Below are positions 60,584 through 64,000 of a stretch of DNA of 64,000 bases, in pieces. Under the pieces are notes generated by a model. That model searched no databases and had not been told where the DNA came from. It saw only the letters and a program-made list of their open reading frames with translations. Within the stretch, counting starts at the first letter, position 1; each line of letters opens with the position of its first letter. The position numbers and the translations under genes were made by a program. Source of the stretch: an uncultured Alphaproteobacteria bacterium. GTDB lineage: Bacteria > Pseudomonadota > Alphaproteobacteria > HIMB59 > GCA-002718135. The stretch spans positions 114,270-178,269 of the forward strand of contig CABYHW010000001.1 of assembly GCA_902518705.1 (NCBI GenBank), written 5' to 3'.

Positions 60584-61870
60584 ATGAAAGCTTCCAAAGA
60601 GACAATTTTTGCTCTCGCTACGCAAAAAGGTAAATCAGGTATAGCTGTTTTTAGGGTTTCAGGAAAAGGCTCTCACAAACTAATAAAATCAATATCGTCT
60701 AAAAAAAAATTCAAAACAAATTTTGCTACATTAAACAATTTATTAGATAGAAATAGTGTTATAGATCAAACGCTAACAACTTTTTTTAAATCACCAAAAA
60801 GCTACACAGGAGAGGATATGGTGGAAATATCTTGTCATGGAAGCATTTCAGTAATTAACAAAATAACTAAAACCCTATTAAAAAAACAGATCAGACTTGC
60901 TGAGCCTGGAGAGTTTACCAAAAGAGCATTAATGAATGACAAGCTTAGTGTTTTAGAAGCTGAAACAATTAATGATTTAGTTAATGCAGAAACTGAAAAT
61001 CAAAGAAAGATAGCTATTGGTAATTTAAGTGGAAATTTAGATAAATTAATTATTGAAATATCAAATAAACAAAAAAAACTTCTAGCAGATATTGAGGCAA
61101 TAATTGATTTTGCTGACGAAGACCTCCCTAAAGAAATATATAAAAGCATAAGAGAACAAAATAAGAACATATATAAAAAAATTGAAAATATTATTAAAAG
61201 GTCGTCTTTATCCAAACAAATACATAACGGTTTTACAATAACTATTATTGGAAAGCCGAATACAGGCAAGTCTTCCTTTATAAACTATATAAATAATAAG
61301 GAGGTTTCTATAGTTACTAATATACCTGGAACTACAACAGATTTAGTAAGCTCCACGTTAGATATACAAGGAGATAAATACACATTTATTGATACAGCCG
61401 GAATAAGAAAATATAAGAATTTAATAGAAAAAATAGGTATTGAAAGATCCTTAGAGAGCGCTGAAAAGTCTGATTTAAATATAGTTTTTCTCAAAAACAA
61501 TGAAAAGAAAAAATATAGTAAAATCAAATCAAAAATATTTGTTAAATCAAAATATGATACAAATAAAAAGAAAATTAGTGGGGTACATAGTATTTCATCA
61601 GTATCTGGTTATGGAATTGAGTCTCTTATTAAAAAAATATTTTCAAAATTAAAGAAAAAACCAATTTCTGGACCAGTCTTTTCACGTGAAAGACATATGG
61701 AAAGCCTAAAGAAATCACTTGTATTGCTTAAAAGTTTAGATTTAAAAGAAATAGATATTGCTGCTGAAAATGTTAGAAGATCTATTATGTATATTGATGG
61801 AATTAATCAAAAATTTGATATTGAGAAAATTTTAGATATAATATTTAGTGATTTTTGTATAGGTAAGTAA
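60584..61870 (+). CDS. mnmE: tRNA modification GTPase MnmE
   Basis: TIFALAT..G.SGIAVFRVSG, G-domain GKPNTGKSS / DTAGIR, C-terminal FCIGK. Confidence 0.9.
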   Translation: MKASKETIFALATQKGKSGIAVFRVSGKGSHKLIKSISSKKKFKTNFATLNNLLDRNSVIDQTLTTFFKSPKSYTGEDMVEISCHGSISVINKITKTLLKKQIRLAEPGEFTKRALMNDKLSVLEAETINDLVNAETENQRKIAIGNLSGNLDKLIIEISNKQKKLLADIEAIIDFADEDLPKEIYKSIREQNKNIYKKIENIIKRSSLSKQIHNGFTITIIGKPNTGKSSFINYINNKEVSIVTNIPGTTTDLVSSTLDIQGDKYTFIDTAGIRKYKNLIEKIGIERSLESAEKSDLNIVFLKNNEKKKYSKIKSKIFVKSKYDTNKKKISGVHSISSVSGYGIESLIKKIFSKLKKKPISGPVFSRERHMESLKKSLVLLKSLDLKEIDIAAENVRRSIMYIDGINQKFDIEKILDIIFSDFCIGK

Positions 61871-61876
61871 TTTCAC

Positions 61877-63754
61877 GTGAAATGGGATATGGACAATAAA
61901 TTCGATGTAATTGTAATTGGTGGGGGGCATGCAGGCGTAGAAGCAGCATGCTCATCTGCAAGAACTGGATCAAAAACAGCACTAATTACTCATAAAGTTG
62001 ATAAAATAGGAGAAATGTCATGCAATCCTGCAATTGGAGGCCTTGGAAAAGGACATCTTGTAAAGGAAATAGATGCTTTAGATGGAATTATGGCCAAAGC
62101 TACAGACAAATCCTGTATACAATTTAGAATGTTAAACTCTAGTAGAGGTGCTGCTGTAAGAGGTCCAAGGGCACAAACAGACCGTATTTTATATAAAAAT
62201 GCCATAAATGAGCTCATATCTGAGCAAAAAAATCTTCAAATTATCGAGGGTTCAGTAGAAGATTTAATTGTTTTAAATAATCAGGTAAATGGTGTTGTTT
62301 TAGGTGATAACAAAAAGATATCATCCAAATCTGTGGTTTTAACTACAGGTACTTTCTTACAAGGCTTAATAAGAATAGGCTCAGAGAAGCAAGAAGCTGG
62401 AAGGGTTGGTGATAAGCCTTCAATAAAGCTTGCAAAAAGGCTTAAAGAACTAAAGTTTTCAATAGGCAGATTGAAGACAGGAACGCCCCCAAGATTACTT
62501 AAAAAAACTATAAATTTCAATGACTTAGATGAACAACACCCAGATAAAAAGCCTGTTCCATTTTCTTTTATCAACAGAGATATCCACATTCCTCAAATTT
62601 CTTGTTTTATTACTCATACTAATAAAAATACCCATGAAATAATCGCTCAGAACTTAAACTTATCACCAATGTATTCGGGAGAAATACAATCAATGGGAGC
62701 TAGGTATTGCCCATCTATTGAAGATAAAATTCATAAATTCAAAAATAAGTCATCACACCAGATATTTCTTGAGCCAGAAGGATTAGATAGTGATTTAATA
62801 TATCCAAACGGAATATCCTCTTCACTTCCAACTGAAATTCAAGAGCAATTTGTTAAAACGATTAAAGGCTTAGAGAATGTTACAATTACACAACCCGCTT
62901 ATGCAATTGAATATGATTTTGTTGATCCACAAGAGCTAACACATACGCTTGAAACAAAGAAAATTAAAAATTTATTTTTTGCAGGACAAATAAATGGAAC
63001 AACTGGATACGAAGAAGCAGCTGCACAAGGTATAATGGCCGGGATAAATGCATCACTTAAAACAACATCTAATAAAGAATTTATAATACCCAGGTCCTCT
63101 GGATATATAGGTGTTTTGATAGATGATTTGGTTACAAAAGGAACAAAAGAGCCATATAGAATGTTTACATCAAGGTCTGAATATAGACTTTTACTTCGAG
63201 CTGATAATGCAGATTTAAGACTTACACCTCTTGGAATTGATATAGGTTGTGTTAATATAAATAGGCAAAGAGAATTTGAAAAAAAATCCAAAAGGATCAA
63301 AGAAGGGTTCAAGTTTGTTAAAAATCACAAATTCTCACCAGACGCACTTCTGAAAAAGGGGATAAAAATAAACAAAGATGGAAAGAAAAGAAATATCATA
63401 GATCTTCTGTCGTTTTCTAATATTACAACCACTAAGCTCAAAAAAATACTTCCTGAATTAAATGACTTAGAAGAATACGTAATAGAACAAATAGAAATTG
63501 AAGCTAAGTACGCAGGTTATCTTGATAGACAAAGAATGGATATACAAGATTTTGAGAAAGAAGAAAGTTTAACAATTCCAAAATCAACGAATTATAAACT
63601 AGTTGGCAGTTTATCTAATGAGATAGTAGAAAAATTAACAAAAATTAAACCACCAACTCTAGGAGCAGCCTCAAGAATATCAGGCGTAACACCAGCAGCC
63701 ACCATAGCGCTTCTTAGATATATAAAAAAAAATAAAAATAAAAAAGCAGCATAA
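61877..63754 (+). CDS. mnmG: tRNA uridine 5-carboxymethylaminomethyl modification enzyme MnmG
   Basis: [27 protein letters not shown], 625 aa. The start is GTG 61877 or ATG 61889. Confidence 0.95.
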   Translation: MKWDMDNKFDVIVIGGGHAGVEAACSSARTGSKTALITHKVDKIGEMSCNPAIGGLGKGHLVKEIDALDGIMAKATDKSCIQFRMLNSSRGAAVRGPRAQTDRILYKNAINELISEQKNLQIIEGSVEDLIVLNNQVNGVVLGDNKKISSKSVVLTTGTFLQGLIRIGSEKQEAGRVGDKPSIKLAKRLKELKFSIGRLKTGTPPRLLKKTINFNDLDEQHPDKKPVPFSFINRDIHIPQISCFITHTNKNTHEIIAQNLNLSPMYSGEIQSMGARYCPSIEDKIHKFKNKSSHQIFLEPEGLDSDLIYPNGISSSLPTEIQEQFVKTIKGLENVTITQPAYAIEYDFVDPQELTHTLETKKIKNLFFAGQINGTTGYEEAAAQGIMAGINASLKTTSNKEFIIPRSSGYIGVLIDDLVTKGTKEPYRMFTSRSEYRLLLRADNADLRLTPLGIDIGCVNINRQREFEKKSKRIKEGFKFVKNHKFSPDALLKKGIKINKDGKKRNIIDLLSFSNITTTKLKKILPELNDLEEYVIEQIEIEAKYAGYLDRQRMDIQDFEKEESLTIPKSTNYKLVGSLSNEIVEKLTKIKPPTLGAASRISGVTPAATIALLRYIKKNKNKKAA

Positions 63755-63755
63755 T

Positions 63756-64000
63756 TTGGATAAAAGCTCTGTAATAAAAAAATATAATCTTAGCAAAAAG
63801 CAAATTGATTTAATTGATAGTTACATACTCAAGTTAACAAAAAGTAACCAAATACATAATTTGGTAGGACCGTCTACAATTGATGTTGCTTGGGATAGAC
63901 ATGTCAACGATTCATTACAATTGTCTGAATTTATTTCGAAAAAAAAAGCACCTATAATAGATCTTGGCACTGGTGCAGGGCTACCAGGGGTGATCCTACA
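63756..64000 (+). CDS. rsmG: 16S rRNA m7G527 methyltransferase RsmG (3' end beyond window)
   Basis: Not in the ORF track because there is no stop in the window. The frame from TTG 63756 reads ...NLVGPSTIDVAWDRHVNDSLQL...IIDLGTGAGLPGVIL, the RsmG SAM-binding motif. Confidence 0.8.
   Translation, partial: MDKSSVIKKYNLSKKQIDLIDSYILKLTKSNQIHNLVGPSTIDVAWDRHVNDSLQLSEFISKKKAPIIDLGTGAGLPGVIL

Overview
The window is a very AT-rich, extremely gene-dense stretch of bacterial chromosome. About 95% is coding, and many start/stop codons overlap or abut. Gene content and synteny point to a streamlined marine alphaproteobacterium, SAR11/Pelagibacterales-like: hrcA-grpE, dnaK-dnaJ-dapB, hisBH-A-F-E, hslVU, maf-aroE-coaE-dnaQ-Tim44-Smr and rho-mnmE-mnmG-rsmG. 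I cannot confirm the taxon without a database search.

Content is almost entirely core metabolism:
- Fe(III) ABC uptake
- small heat-shock protein ibpA
- nucleoside catabolism (cdd, PNP, deoA) plus a BMP-family nucleoside ABC transporter and upp
- a six-gene pABA/dihydropteroate operon
- cysS-thrS-hemB-hisI-ribA
- katG and pyruvate carboxylase
- the DnaK/DnaJ/GrpE/HrcA chaperone genes
- a histidine operon
- a putative lipid A remodelling trio

I found no tRNA or rRNA genes, CRISPR arrays, transposases, integrases, prophage blocks or recognisable defence systems, and nothing I can defend as a wholly new multi-gene system.

The points most worth follow-up are:
1. The 419-bp AT-rich gap at the maf|rho strand switch. 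By alphaproteobacterial synteny it is a candidate replication origin, but it lacks textbook DnaA/CtrA boxes. It also carries a strongly C-rich, G-poor rho leader.
2. A ROSE-like RNA thermometer with a sigma-32-type promoter at ibpA. The same promoter geometry appears at dnaK and hslV.
3. Strong hairpins or palindromes at the 5' end of the iron SBP gene and across the start codon of the nucleoside ABC ATPase.
4. A Tat-exported DUF1501/DUF1800 pair apparently co-transcribed with nucleoside catabolism genes.
5. A tandem-PAP2 / ArnT-like / DUF3108 cluster.
6. An orphan, signal-less GH24 lysozyme between the Tim44-like and Smr genes.
7. katG in an otherwise minimal genome.

All functional calls come from motif recognition in the supplied translations, not from searches.
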